This document shows, in pieces, positions 1 through 9,150 of a stretch of 36,583 nucleotides of DNA (the stretch's first letter is position 1; the number at the start of each line of letters is the position of its first letter). The notes beneath the pieces are model-generated. The model did not search any database. It was not told where the DNA came from and saw only the letters and a program-made list of their open reading frames with translations. This DNA is from Parachlamydiales bacterium (GTDB taxonomy: Bacteria; Chlamydiota; Chlamydiia; Chlamydiales; Parachlamydiaceae). The position numbers and the translations under genes were made by a program. Location: NCBI GenBank assembly GCA_020051075.1, contig JAGVJP010000064.1:1-36583 (forward strand), given 5' to 3'.

Positions 1-55
1 CCCAGGGCAAGGCCCTGGGTAGGTTTAACGGTAATATCGCAGTCTGAAAGACTGC
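1..55. repeat. REP-like GC-rich hairpin pair, truncated at window edge
   Basis: CCCAGGGC-aag-GCCCTGGG (1-19) and GCAGTCT-gaa-AGACTGC (39-55), just downstream of the 68..1042 gene. Confidence 0.6.
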
Positions 56-67
56 AAGAGTGTGTTT

Positions 68-1042
68 TTAAATCAGAAAAGACAAGAGGATGATTTCGAT
101 GAGGTAGAGGAGGCAGACGATGCCAATACCAAGGAGATTGCTAGAGGAGAATGGTTTATGAGGTTTCAACCACCACCCTAAGAAGTAGATGGCAATGGGG
201 ATGGTTGGCCAGGAGACCAGCGCCACGCTGATGGCATTGCCAATAAATGTCGCGATTGAGGTACTGAATTGTTTCGTCAAGGGATTGAGGTATTTGATCT
301 CCATCATCACGATAGGGAAGATGACGAGCAACACTAACATCGTCTGCTTCCATGCAGCGGGAGGTTGGGCGAGATCTGAACGTTCTGCAAACCAGCCGGA
401 AAATCCCGATACCACATGGTGGCTCTCTAACGAATGGATGAAAGACTTACCCTCTTTGAGGATGGCTTGTCGTTCTGCTGAATTGAGCCATTGGTCGAGA
501 TGTTCGGGAGTATCAAATTGCAGAAGGGTGATCCAGCTTCCCTCTTTCTCATCTTTAGGAGGCTGGACAAAGGTGCGTCGAAAGCCAGGGAATTTGGATT
601 CAGCTTGATGCATTTTTCCGATCCACTCTCGATAAGCAGCAACCTGGTTCGGGAGGACGTGAGTGACGAAGACCTCTGTCACTCCACCTAATCCTTTTTC
701 CAGTGGCTGATAATCGTCCTTGATGGCGTTGGGGTCGCCTTTGTCGAGATAGAGGGTGGCCTCTTCAAACAGTGCATGCCGCTCTTGAGATTGGTGCCAT
801 TTCTTGAGGGAGTCTTGGCTTCCAAAACGTTGGATAATGGTCCATTCTGTTCCTAAAGAGTCTGGCGACGATAAGATTTCGAGGCTGACAAAGTCATCGA
901 AAGAGGCAATGCATCCGTTTAATTTGGCTTGCCAAGCGGCAAATGCATTTTCCGCGTCAGATCGAATGTGCAGATGAGTGAACAAGATATCATGTTCGGC
1001 ATGATGCGAAATTGGCTTTGTCTGCACGCTTGGTGTTGTCAT
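68..1042 (-). CDS. Tandem antibiotic-biosynthesis-monooxygenase (ABM)-like domain membrane protein
   Basis: Two repeats of an ABM-like pattern (F.gF...W..i.rF.s.e.L..W..S.ER) followed by hydrophobic helices (WKQTMLVLLVIFPIV...). Confidence 0.75.
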   Translation of the reverse strand: MTTPSVQTKPISHHAEHDILFTHLHIRSDAENAFAAWQAKLNGCIASFDDFVSLEILSSPDSLGTEWTIIQRFGSQDSLKKWHQSQERHALFEEATLYLDKGDPNAIKDDYQPLEKGLGGVTEVFVTHVLPNQVAAYREWIGKMHQAESKFPGFRRTFVQPPKDEKEGSWITLLQFDTPEHLDQWLNSAERQAILKEGKSFIHSLESHHVVSGFSGWFAERSDLAQPPAAWKQTMLVLLVIFPIVMMEIKYLNPLTKQFSTSIATFIGNAISVALVSWPTIPIAIYFLGWWLKPHKPFSSSNLLGIGIVCLLYLIEIILLSFLI

Positions 1043-1058
1043 TAGAGTCGATCTCCCA

Positions 1059-1550
1059 TTAGTAGTGCACGGGGTTTTCTAAAGCTGCAAATTCTTTCCA
1101 GACTTTAACAACTTCGTCTCTTAAACATTGCTCGCAAGGGATCTCTCGATCTTTTGCTTTCTTGTTAATCTGTTCGAAGTAGTATTTATCATCAAAATCG
1201 CCATACTCCTTTGCATCTTCAACGCTTGCTCCGTAGACAATTCTGTCTAGATGAGCCCAGTAAGCTGCGCATAGGCACATGGGGCATGGCTCTCCTGTGG
1301 TGTATAATGTGCAGCCGTCAAGATGTGGAGAGCCTATTTTTTTGCCAGCTTCTCGGATGGCTTGCATTTCCCCATGCCAGGTGGGATCGTTATGTTTAAC
1401 GACTTGATTGTATCCTTCGCCAATGACGTTTCCTTTCTTGTCGACGACAATCGCACCGAAGACACCGCCGCTTTGTTCATCAATGCCAGCACGTCTTCCC
1501 AACTCAATGGCTTTTCTCATAAATTTTTGATCGTCTTCAGACTTGCTCAT
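1059..1550 (-). CDS. guaD: Guanine deaminase, cytidine/deoxycytidylate deaminase family
   Basis: FGAIVV, NDPTWHGE and EPCPMC zinc motifs; C-terminal Tyr as in Bacillus-type GuaD. Confidence 0.75.
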   Translation of the reverse strand: MSKSEDDQKFMRKAIELGRRAGIDEQSGGVFGAIVVDKKGNVIGEGYNQVVKHNDPTWHGEMQAIREAGKKIGSPHLDGCTLYTTGEPCPMCLCAAYWAHLDRIVYGASVEDAKEYGDFDDKYYFEQINKKAKDREIPCEQCLRDEVVKVWKEFAALENPVHY

Positions 1551-1638
1551 TTGGCTTCCTATTTAGGTTTATCCGCTAATCTATATTTGATCAGAATCTT
1601 CACAATTAGTCAAATCGTAATGGCGTTGTCGCATAATT

Positions 1639-1907
1639 AACCACTGAGCCACTGAGATCAGTGAGAAATGATGTACAAGAATAGGCAAAAAAGGACAAAA
1701 CAGGATAGGCAGGATCGCTTCGCGGCAGGATAGGCAGGATATTAAATAAAATGCCCTTTATCTTTCCTATCCTTCCCATCTTGTCAATTGCACAGGATGG
1801 GAAGGATAGGAAAGATGGGATGAAAGAGATTGTTTTGCTATCATCCTGCTTATCCTGCCGCGAAGCGATCCTGCCTATCCTGTTCGTGTTAAAAAAGGGA
1901 GAGACGT
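1639..1907. repeat. Mosaic palindromic element, CAGGATA family
   Basis: 42-bp inverted repeat 1699-1740/1843-1884 (41/42) enclosing a 25-bp hairpin 1760-1784/1792-1816 (24/25); CACTGAG-type repeats at 1639-1665; terminal GTTAAAAAAGGGAGAGACGT. Confidence 0.85.
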
Positions 1908-1918
1908 GGGTAGTTTTC

Positions 1919-2980
1919 TTAAATCCAGCGCTTTCGTCTGAAGAAGAAGAGCATTGCAATGGCGATGCTGAGCATCATGATGAGGACGATAGGATATCCC
2001 CAATGAAAGCGGAGTTCTGGCATATAATCGAAATTCATTCCATAGATGCTGCAGATGAATGTGAGGGGAACAAAAATTGTTGACACGATAGTTAACACCT
2101 TCATAATGTCATTCGTGCGGATGTTGATATTAGAAAGATAGATATCGAGCATTCCAGAGACGACATCGCGAAAGCCTTCAATGATATCGATGGTTTGAAC
2201 TGTGTGGTCATAGATATCACGGATGTAGATCAGTGTTGTAGGGGAGATGATCGATCCCTCTAAATGCATGAATCGGTTGATCACATCTCTCATCGGCCAG
2301 ATCGCTTTGCGAAGCATCACCATCACCCGTTTTGTGTGTTGGATTTTATGAAGGGTCGTCGGCTTGGGGAAATGGGAGAGTTCTTCTTCTAAGCTGTCTA
2401 AAGTGGCGTCAACCTTTTCTAATAAGACCAAATAATAATCCACAATAGTGTCTAGTAGGGCATAAGCCAGATAATCAGCCCCCTCTTTTCTGATGCGGCT
2501 TCCCCCTTGACGCAGCCTGTCTTTAATCGGCTTGAAGATATCTTCCCTGCATTCAAAAAAGCTGATTAAATAGTTTGGTCCAAACACAATGCTGGCTTGC
2601 TGGTCCTGCAGTTCATTCGTTTTTTCATTATATTGGAGAAATCGGACGATGATGAAGACCTGGTCTTGAAAGAGATCGAGTTTTGAACGTTGTCCAGTTG
2701 TTAGGATGTCTTCTAAAATCAGGGGATGAAAATTGAAGTGCTTGCCAATCGCTGCGACAGTAGAGGCATTTGGAACACCAGAGACTTCAACCCATGTCAT
2801 TGTTGGTGTGTCGAGGTGTTCAAGACATGTTTCAATGGAGATATCATGCTTTTCGATGAATTGATCTTCTGAATACTCAATGACAGAGAGGTGAATATCT
2901 TCATGTTTGTTGTTGAAGTTTTCGAGAGACCCTGGAGGGAGGCCAACAGGACGAAGTTTTTTCTTAAATAAAAAAGACAT
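1919..2980 (-). CDS. corA: Magnesium/cobalt transporter CorA
   Basis: GLPPGSL N-terminus, YGMNF signature, MPEL loop, two C-terminal TM helices. Confidence 0.95.
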   Translation of the reverse strand: MSFLFKKKLRPVGLPPGSLENFNNKHEDIHLSVIEYSEDQFIEKHDISIETCLEHLDTPTMTWVEVSGVPNASTVAAIGKHFNFHPLILEDILTTGQRSKLDLFQDQVFIIVRFLQYNEKTNELQDQQASIVFGPNYLISFFECREDIFKPIKDRLRQGGSRIRKEGADYLAYALLDTIVDYYLVLLEKVDATLDSLEEELSHFPKPTTLHKIQHTKRVMVMLRKAIWPMRDVINRFMHLEGSIISPTTLIYIRDIYDHTVQTIDIIEGFRDVVSGMLDIYLSNINIRTNDIMKVLTIVSTIFVPLTFICSIYGMNFDYMPELRFHWGYPIVLIMMLSIAIAMLFFFRRKRWI

Positions 2981-2986
2981 CCCTGC

Positions 2987-4336
2987 CTATGATTCGATAT
3001 TGCGGCGGATTAAACCGATTTGTTGTCGCAGCTGTTCATCTGTCTCAACTTTTTTCTCAATATTCTTACACGCATGGAGGATGGTAGAGTGTGTTTTACC
3101 GAATGCAAACCCAAGCATATTCAAGGATTCGTTGACCATTTCCTTAGCGAGGTACATGGCGACTTGCCGAGGAAGGGCGATCTCTTTCGTTCTCGTATTG
3201 CCTTTCAGGTCGACGACTCTGACTTGAAAAACAGAAGCAACACTTTTTAGGATTTGTTCCACTGAGATCTTTTCTGACGGGGCATGGTGGAGCATTTCTC
3301 TAAGGGTTCTGGTGACCAAATCTTCGGTGATATTCAGATTCATCAAACGGCAGTGCGCGCTCAATCTGTTGATCGCCCCTTCGAGTTGACGGACATTATG
3401 GTAGATGTGCTCTGCAATGAAGAAAGCGACCTTCTGGGAAATATTCAACCCTTTCTGCGCTGCTTTGTATAAAATGATTGCGACACGGGTCTCAAGTTCT
3501 GGAATCCCCATATGGGCGACGAGGCCTCCCTCCATTTTTCCAATTGTACGCTCAGATAACTTTAACAAGGAAGGGGGTTTATCACTTGTGATGACAATTT
3601 GAGCTCCTTTGTTCTTTAGCGCTTCAAAGGTGTGTGCAAGTTCTTCTTCAAAATTCAGCCGGTTCTGTAGAAATTGGATATCGTCAACAAGGAGGACATC
3701 GACCTCTGAGCGATAAAATCGCTTCATCCGATCCACTGATTTATTTCTGAGGTTGTCGACTAAATCATTGATAAAAGCTTCTGTTGTGATGCATTGGATG
3801 CGGAGCTTCTTGTGATTTTCTTGAATATAGTGGCCGATGCTGTGCAGAAGGTGTGTTTTCCCTAATCCTACTCCACCATGAATAAAGAGCGGATTAAAGG
3901 ATTGTCCTGGTTTAAGGGCAACACCCATCGCAGCAGATTTAACAAATTGATTTGTCGTCCCTTCAATAAACGTTTCAAATCGATAGGCATTGTTGAGTTT
4001 GACTTCAGGATGATTGGAGGACGCCAATTTTGGCTCTTCCACATGCACTGATGGACCAGTGGGATGGAATGCCATCTTTCGAGAGGGAGCGATGATAAAA
4101 CGTATTGCCGGATCTCCTACCACATCAACGGGGAGAAAAGAGCGCAATTCTTGCTTATAATTTGAGAGCAAGTATTCTTGGACAAAAATGTTAGGAACTT
4201 CAAGAGTCACTTCGTCTGAGTTGGATTCTAAGACGCGGATAGGAGCCAGCCAATTGCTAAAAGCAGTAGCTGAGCATTTAGTTTTTACAAATTCTAGAAA
4301 TTGAGTCCAAGCCTCTTGGGCATCGCAAGCTATCAT
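2987..4336 (-). CDS. dnaA: Chromosomal replication initiator DnaA (by context the CT275-type chlamydial paralog)
   Basis: [17 protein letters not shown]alker A, LLVDDIQF Walker B, RQVAMYL and KTHSTILHA domain IV. Confidence 0.97.
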   Translation of the reverse strand: MIACDAQEAWTQFLEFVKTKCSATAFSNWLAPIRVLESNSDEVTLEVPNIFVQEYLLSNYKQELRSFLPVDVVGDPAIRFIIAPSRKMAFHPTGPSVHVEEPKLASSNHPEVKLNNAYRFETFIEGTTNQFVKSAAMGVALKPGQSFNPLFIHGGVGLGKTHLLHSIGHYIQENHKKLRIQCITTEAFINDLVDNLRNKSVDRMKRFYRSEVDVLLVDDIQFLQNRLNFEEELAHTFEALKNKGAQIVITSDKPPSLLKLSERTIGKMEGGLVAHMGIPELETRVAIILYKAAQKGLNISQKVAFFIAEHIYHNVRQLEGAINRLSAHCRLMNLNITEDLVTRTLREMLHHAPSEKISVEQILKSVASVFQVRVVDLKGNTRTKEIALPRQVAMYLAKEMVNESLNMLGFAFGKTHSTILHACKNIEKKVETDEQLRQQIGLIRRNIES

Positions 4337-4354
4337 ATTGACTATCCTTGAAAG

Positions 4355-4374
4355 TTATGAACAACGTTTCCACA
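4355..4374. promoter_or_regulatory. Two adjacent DnaA-box-like 9-mers upstream of dnaA
   Basis: TTATGAACA (4355-63) and GTTTCCACA (4366-74), each 8/9 to TTWTNCACA, 19-38 nt from the start codon. Confidence 0.45.
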
Positions 4375-4530
4375 GAGCGTTCTGGAGCTGATTCACCAAA
4401 AGAATTTAACATGGACCATCTTAGCTGGCAAGCATTTTTATCGTTTTGTTTCCTTAATCTCGCGATAACTCACTGATTATCAGAACCAGAGGCTACAAAG
4501 AAAATTTGGTGCAACCTCACAGCATAGAAA

Positions 4531-4780
4531 AACAGGATAGGAAAGATAGAACAAGAAAACAAGATAGGCAAAAAGGACAAAACAGGATAAGCAGGATCGC
4601 TTCGCGGCAGGATAGGCAGGATAAAAAAACAGGATTAGAAGGATAGGCATGATATTTGAAGTATGAATTAAGATTCATGAGGCTCTCTTTTATAATGAAA
4701 AATAGAAGAGGCTTTTTTCTTCTATTTCCTTCTTTATCTTTCCTATCCTTCTAATCCTGTTTTTTTATCCTGTCTATCCT
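4531..4780. repeat. Palindromic element, CAGGATA family
   Basis: 39-bp inverted repeat 4609-4647/4742-4780 (38/39); 4559-4623 nearly identical to 1675-1742 including CAGGATCGCTTCGCGGCAGGAT. Confidence 0.85.
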
Positions 4781-4884
4781 TTGGTTTGGTGATTTTTTGC
4801 GATTTGTAAATAATTTTCTAGAAAATTGATCGGAAAACGTAGAATATACTGAGATCTGTTTATTCCGAGTTTTTTAGGAGGCTT

Positions 4885-6063
4885 ATGTCTTTGCCGTTCT
4901 TACCTTTTGCGAGGCAGTCCATTATTGAAGAAGACCTCGACGCTGTTCAAGAGGCCTTGAAAGGAGATCATATCAGCGGGGGAGGGCCATTGGTTGAGCA
5001 ATTTGAACAACAAATTGCCTCTTACTGCGATGTTCCGTTTACTGTATTGTTCCAAACTGGGACAGCAGCTTTGATGGCTGCCTATTTTGCAGCAGAGCTA
5101 TCCCTCTATGATCGGGTGATATCTTCTCCGCTAGCCGATATTTCTACTGTTGCATCCCCCTGTCAGCAGAGAATCCGTCTGAAGTTCGTCGATATCGAAC
5201 GTTCCACAGGGCACATTAACCAGGAGAAATTAAAAGTAGAGCTTAACTATTCCTGTTCGCGCGGCCGTCCATTTATTGTTCCTTTTCATTTTGCAGGCCT
5301 TGCTGTGGATATGCAGAAATTGGATGGTTTGATCAAACATCCGGATGCTGTGGTGATTGAGGACGCCTCTCATGCTATAGGATCTTGTTATCCTACAGGA
5401 GAGCGCATTGGAAGTTGTGCCTATAGTCAAATGACGACGTTTAATTTTGACTCTTCAAGAACATTAACAACAGGTGAAGGGGGAGTAGTGACGACGCGAG
5501 ACCCAGCTCTTCATCATCGCTTGTTGCTCTTTAGAGACAATGGGATTGAACGGGGAGTCCCCTATCTGAAGAAAAAAACGTCTGAAGCTGAAGGCTATTA
5601 TGAGGTGCAGGCAATCACGGGCAATTTCCATATGACCGATTTTCAGGCGGCATTAGGCCTGAGTCAGTTGAGTCGTTTAGACCGCTTCATAGGGAAAAGG
5701 CGCCATTTAGTTCAGTGTTATCGCCAGTGTCTGAAAGAGATTCCCCATTTGAAGCTGATGACTGAAGAGCAGGATGGATATACCGCTTTCCATTTAATGG
5801 CCGTTCAAATTGATTTTAACGCCTGCGGGAAAACACGGCTTGAGGTCATGAGGAGGTTGAAAGAGCGGGGGATTGGCACAAAAGTGCATGATATCCCATT
5901 ATATCATCATCCAGTGTTTAAATATCTGACTGAAGAAGAAGAATTTAGCGAAACAGAGGCCTATTATCAACAGACGTTGAGCTTGCCCTTATATTATGAT
6001 TTAACAGATGAAGATGTTCAACGGGTTTGCCGCGAACTTAAAGAGGCCCTATTCATAAGCTAA
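4885..6063 (+). CDS. DegT/DnrJ/EryC1/StrS (PseC-like) aminotransferase homolog with degenerate active site
   Basis: PF.RQSI N-terminus, IEDASHAIG, TTGEGG, GNFHMTDFQAALGLSQL, TLSLPLY; Arg192 where the PLP lysine is expected; RBS AGGAGG. Confidence 0.85.
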   Translation: MSLPFLPFARQSIIEEDLDAVQEALKGDHISGGGPLVEQFEQQIASYCDVPFTVLFQTGTAALMAAYFAAELSLYDRVISSPLADISTVASPCQQRIRLKFVDIERSTGHINQEKLKVELNYSCSRGRPFIVPFHFAGLAVDMQKLDGLIKHPDAVVIEDASHAIGSCYPTGERIGSCAYSQMTTFNFDSSRTLTTGEGGVVTTRDPALHHRLLLFRDNGIERGVPYLKKKTSEAEGYYEVQAITGNFHMTDFQAALGLSQLSRLDRFIGKRRHLVQCYRQCLKEIPHLKLMTEEQDGYTAFHLMAVQIDFNACGKTRLEVMRRLKERGIGTKVHDIPLYHHPVFKYLTEEEEFSETEAYYQQTLSLPLYYDLTDEDVQRVCRELKEALFIS

Positions 6064-6444
6064 AATGAGTGCTTTTGCGATGTTAGCGACAGCTTTATCA
6101 CTATTGTTTTTCAAGATATGCGCAATCTTTAACCCCTCATCTTTTTTCCCAACCATAAAAAATGCTTTGGAGACATTTAATAAAGTTGAAGGGTGTCCTG
6201 AGTCGATTTTAAGCGCCCGATTAAATTGGATCATCGCTTTATTCGGCTGATTCAGTTGGAGGTATATTGCCCCTAAAGTTTGGGCGTCATAAGCGCTTGC
6301 AGGATCGAGGACGGTGAGCGCTTCGAAAAATGGGAGGGCAATATCATATTTTCCCTGCTTAATATAAGAATAGCCGGTGTAGCGCAAATCCTCGATGTGC
6401 TCTTCTGTCCATTTCAATTTTTCAAGCCAATTGATTCTACCCAT
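6049..6444 (-). CDS. TPR protein, chlamydial CT274-like (putative type III secretion chaperone)
   Basis: Three TPR-like repeats (GYSYIKQGKYDIALPFFEAL; YDAQTLGAIYLQ; TLLNVSKAFF); position between dnaA and the CT273-like gene. Confidence 0.8.
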   Translation of the reverse strand: MGRINWLEKLKWTEEHIEDLRYTGYSYIKQGKYDIALPFFEALTVLDPASAYDAQTLGAIYLQLNQPNKAMIQFNRALKIDSGHPSTLLNVSKAFFMVGKKDEGLKIAHILKNNSDKAVANIAKALILAYE

Positions 6445-6455
6445 TTTCTAACCAT

Positions 6456-6905
6456 CTAACCTTGTAAGAATTGTCCGACTCGTCCAACGATATAGCTTAT
6501 CCAGCCATTGATTTTCTTTATTTCAGCAAAGCAAGATTTAAGGACTTTTTTTTCTTTCTCATCTTCTTCAGTTTCACATTCGACTTCATCCATTTCTCTC
6601 TCATTTTCTTCCTCTTTGTCGAAGGAACCCAGACTAGGTGCGACACGGAAAAAACCAAAAGGAGAGCGTCGTTGAAACCGATATTTCGACGGAGGAGCGA
6701 ATTGTGCCCAAGGCATCTGAATGTTCCCGATTCCAGTGAGGAGCTCCATTTCAGAAAGTTTCGGATATAAATCTAAGACGCGCAGCTGCGCGGGAATACT
6801 AGAGGCTTGCTCAAGGTGATACTGTTGAGTAATTTGTTCGAGTGCCTGAGTTCTACGTGCATATTGCATGTAAATCCCAACATCCAACTTATCGATGGTT
6901 GTCAT
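6456..6905 (-). CDS. Conserved chlamydial hypothetical protein (CT273-like)
   Basis: IYMQYA N-terminus, YPKLSE, WAQF.PP, acidic tract, C-terminal GQFLQG; synteny with CT274-like and rsmH. Confidence 0.7.
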   Translation of the reverse strand: MTTIDKLDVGIYMQYARRTQALEQITQQYHLEQASSIPAQLRVLDLYPKLSEMELLTGIGNIQMPWAQFAPPSKYRFQRRSPFGFFRVAPSLGSFDKEEENEREMDEVECETEEDEKEKKVLKSCFAEIKKINGWISYIVGRVGQFLQG

Positions 6906-6921
6906 GAATCGCCTATATTAT

Positions 6922-6959
6922 ATGGTCATACCTATTTTAATTTTAACAGGTATGACCAT
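6922..6959. promoter_or_regulatory. 12-bp perfect inverted repeat, operator-like or terminator-like
   Basis: ATGGTCATACCT-N14-AGGTATGACCAT directly upstream of the CT273-like start; retained (11 bp) in the duplicate at 7977-8014. Confidence 0.5.
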
Positions 6960-6999
6960 TTTTGGGAAACATTCCAATTTGACAGTGTTGCTGTTGAGT

Positions 7000-7599
7000 C
7001 TATCTTTGCTGGAGGGCGTGATCCATAAGTTCTATAAGTGAAATTTGTCTTGACACTCTTGCATTACTATGAGGTGTTGGACTTTCGACTTTGTTCTTAA
7101 TGTCTCCCTCCCCATTGATGAAGTAACCATAATGGTTACAGTTAATTAGCCACAACTGCTTTCCTCCAGGAACAATTAGTTGGATGTGATGCGCGTTTGT
7201 CTGTTGAGCGAAATCGATCACTGCCCCAGGAACAGTAATTTTTGAGGTCGGGTCTTCGTCTCTAAATGGGACATTTATATCAGGGTATCTTCCCTTTACA
7301 AGGGCTGGAGTGGGAAGGGCATCCATCCTTTCTCGGAATGAGGGGGGCTGCTGAGGCGTTCTGCTTTGAGGCACAATCGGCTCAAGCGTCATTTGACGGT
7401 TAGGCGAAGGCGAATCAGGCGTTCTTCTTTGAAACTTAGGTGCAAAGCCTAGAGAATACCCTGAACGTTTAAGGAGGTAAATGCCTAATGCTACAATGAC
7501 GGCAAATGCTATGACTACGATAGCTACGACAGGTTTATTAAAAATTCGGCTGCTTAAATAACCATCACGAATTGGCAATGGTAAACTGATAGAGTTCAT
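7000..7599 (-). CDS. Orphan single-TM Pro-rich protein, paralog A (199 aa)
   Basis: Start moved to MNSISLPLP (AAGGA RBS; TTGCAC-17-TATGAT upstream); hydrophobic PVVAIVVIAFAVIVALGIYLL; paralog of 8061..8645. Confidence 0.75.
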   Translation of the reverse strand: MNSISLPLPIRDGYLSSRIFNKPVVAIVVIAFAVIVALGIYLLKRSGYSLGFAPKFQRRTPDSPSPNRQMTLEPIVPQSRTPQQPPSFRERMDALPTPALVKGRYPDINVPFRDEDPTSKITVPGAVIDFAQQTNAHHIQLIVPGGKQLWLINCNHYGYFINGEGDIKNKVESPTPHSNARVSRQISLIELMDHALQQR

Positions 7600-7714
7600 A
7601 TTAATATCCTTTTTGTGTTTAATTTCCAATTATAATATCATAACATATTTTTAATATTTGTGCAAATAAAAAACGATTGTGAATAAAAAATTAAAAAAGG
7701 TGATTATTAAAGTT

Positions 7715-7821
7715 TAAATGGACAGATATGGACAATCGACTATAAGGACTAAATGGACAGATATGGACAATCGACTATAAGGACTAAATGGACTAAATGG
7801 ACAGATATGGACTATCTGGAC
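7715..7821. repeat. ATGGAC-family short-period tandem repeat
   Basis: 35-bp unit TAAATGGACAGATATGGACAATCGACTATAAGGAC x2 followed by 9-10-mers ending in GGAC. Confidence 0.9.
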
Positions 7822-7861
7822 GAAAAATTCAGGAAAATTGCATGAAGAATTTATTAATCTC

Positions 7862-7960
7862 TCAGTAACACTCTATCCTGTGAGTAATTTGCTCAAGTGC
7901 TTCAGCTCTACGTGCATATTGCATGTAAATCCCAACATCCAACTTGTCGATGATTGTCAT
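7862..7960 (-). pseudogene. Truncated duplicate of the CT273-like 5' end (32 aa)
   Basis: Translates MTIIDKLDVGIYMQYARRAEALEQITHRIECY* versus MTTIDKLDVGIYMQYARRTQALEQITQQY... Confidence 0.85.
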
Positions 7961-8060
7961 GAATCGCCTATATTATATGGTCATACCAATTTTAATTTTA
8001 AAAGGTATGACCATTTTTGGGAAACACTCCAATTTGAAAGTGCTCCTGTTGAGGCTATTT

Positions 8061-8645
8061 TTAATAATTCTGGACTTTATCATCAATAAGTTCTGTAAGT
8101 GAAATTAATCTTGAAGAGTTTGGATGATCCCAAGGAAAAAGCTGTCTACTACTCAATTTGACTTTAATCTCTCCAAGCCCATTGATCTCGTAACCACGTC
8201 TTTCACAAATTATTGTCCAGCGCTGATGGTAATGATGAGGAGCTTGCAAAGATAGTTGGATGTGATGCGCTTTTGTCTGTTCAGCGAAATCGATCACTGC
8301 CCCAGGAATAGATATTCTTTTGTCCGGGTTGTCGAATCTAAATATGACATTATCTATGTCGCATTTCTCACCCGAAAGAACTGGAGTTTTAGGGGCACCC
8401 ATCTCTTCTTGCAATGAAGAGCCCTGCTGAGGTTTAATTTGAGGGGCAGGCGAAAGCGAATCAGGAGTTCTGCTTTGGGGCCGAGCTGAAAAACCTAGAG
8501 AATACCCTGAACGTTTAAGGAGGTAAATGCCTACGGCAATAATGATAGCACATGCTATTGCTACGATAGCTACAACAGGTTTATTGAAAATTCGGCTCCT
8601 TAAATAACCATCAGGAATTGGCAATGGTAAACTGATAGAGTTCAT
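8061..8645 (-). CDS. Orphan single-TM Pro-rich protein, paralog B (194 aa)
   Basis: Same MNSISLPLP start, RBS and TM segment; shared PGAVIDFA.QT.AHHIQL and GY.ING.G.IK motifs. Confidence 0.75.
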   Translation of the reverse strand: MNSISLPLPIPDGYLRSRIFNKPVVAIVAIACAIIIAVGIYLLKRSGYSLGFSARPQSRTPDSLSPAPQIKPQQGSSLQEEMGAPKTPVLSGEKCDIDNVIFRFDNPDKRISIPGAVIDFAEQTKAHHIQLSLQAPHHYHQRWTIICERRGYEINGLGEIKVKLSSRQLFPWDHPNSSRLISLTELIDDKVQNY

Positions 8646-8796
8646 ATTAATATCCTTTTTGTGGTTAAAAAGAGATTTTATAATATGTTTGTAGTTTTTT
8701 TTTTTTGTCAATAAAAAATAATTACAAAGCGTAATAATTGTGGGTGAAAAAACGACTGTTCTTTCACCCACAATTGCTTTACAAACCGTTTAAGGA

Positions 8797-9150
8797 CTAT
8801 TTGGAGTCAGGCGGGGTTTCTTCAGGAATGACGTTGATTTCTTCCTTATACATTTCCAGAACTTCTAAAACCGCTGCCTGTTGATTAGGCGAAAGCTTGC
8901 TTTTTGAGAGTTTCTCCAAAAATTTGGATTGCTTCTGCTCCGAAGTCGAGTTTTTAAGTTTTTTGTACAGTTTGGACTTCGCTTTCTGAATTTTTTCAGC
9001 GCTTAGCTCTGCATCGATCTTTTTGACAATGTTAAGTTGTAATTGATTGTCTTGCTTCACTTCTGTTTCGTCTACTGGCGCTGCCGTCAGTGTTGAAGAA
9101 ACAAAGCATAAAGTTAAAAACAAAATAGTAGTTTTATAAAATTTTTTCAT
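8797..9150 (-). CDS. Small secreted Lys-rich hypothetical protein
   Basis: Signal peptide MKKFYKTTILFLTLCFVSSTLTA; helical charged mature region. Confidence 0.7.
   Translation of the reverse strand: MKKFYKTTILFLTLCFVSSTLTAAPVDETEVKQDNQLQLNIVKKIDAELSAEKIQKAKSKLYKKLKNSTSEQKQSKFLEKLSKSKLSPNQQAAVLEVLEMYKEEINVIPEETPPDSK

Noticed and set aside
1606..2083. ORFs 1606..1959 and 1751..2083 (ILPIL/QDKQD repeats)
   Set aside because: These are translations of the palindromic repeat and of antisense corA.
4337..4884. oriC next to dnaA
   Set aside because: Only two imperfect DnaA boxes; most of the interval is a CAGGATA element. GC skew cannot be judged from this window.
7715..7821. Possible CRISPR array (35-bp repeats)
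   Set aside because: The units are directly tandem with no unique spacers and no cas genes; they break down into 9-10-nt GGAC units.
6807..8089. Similar plus-strand ORFs 6807..7028 and 7838..8089
   Set aside because: They are antisense shadows of the duplicated CT273-like 5' end and intergenic DNA.
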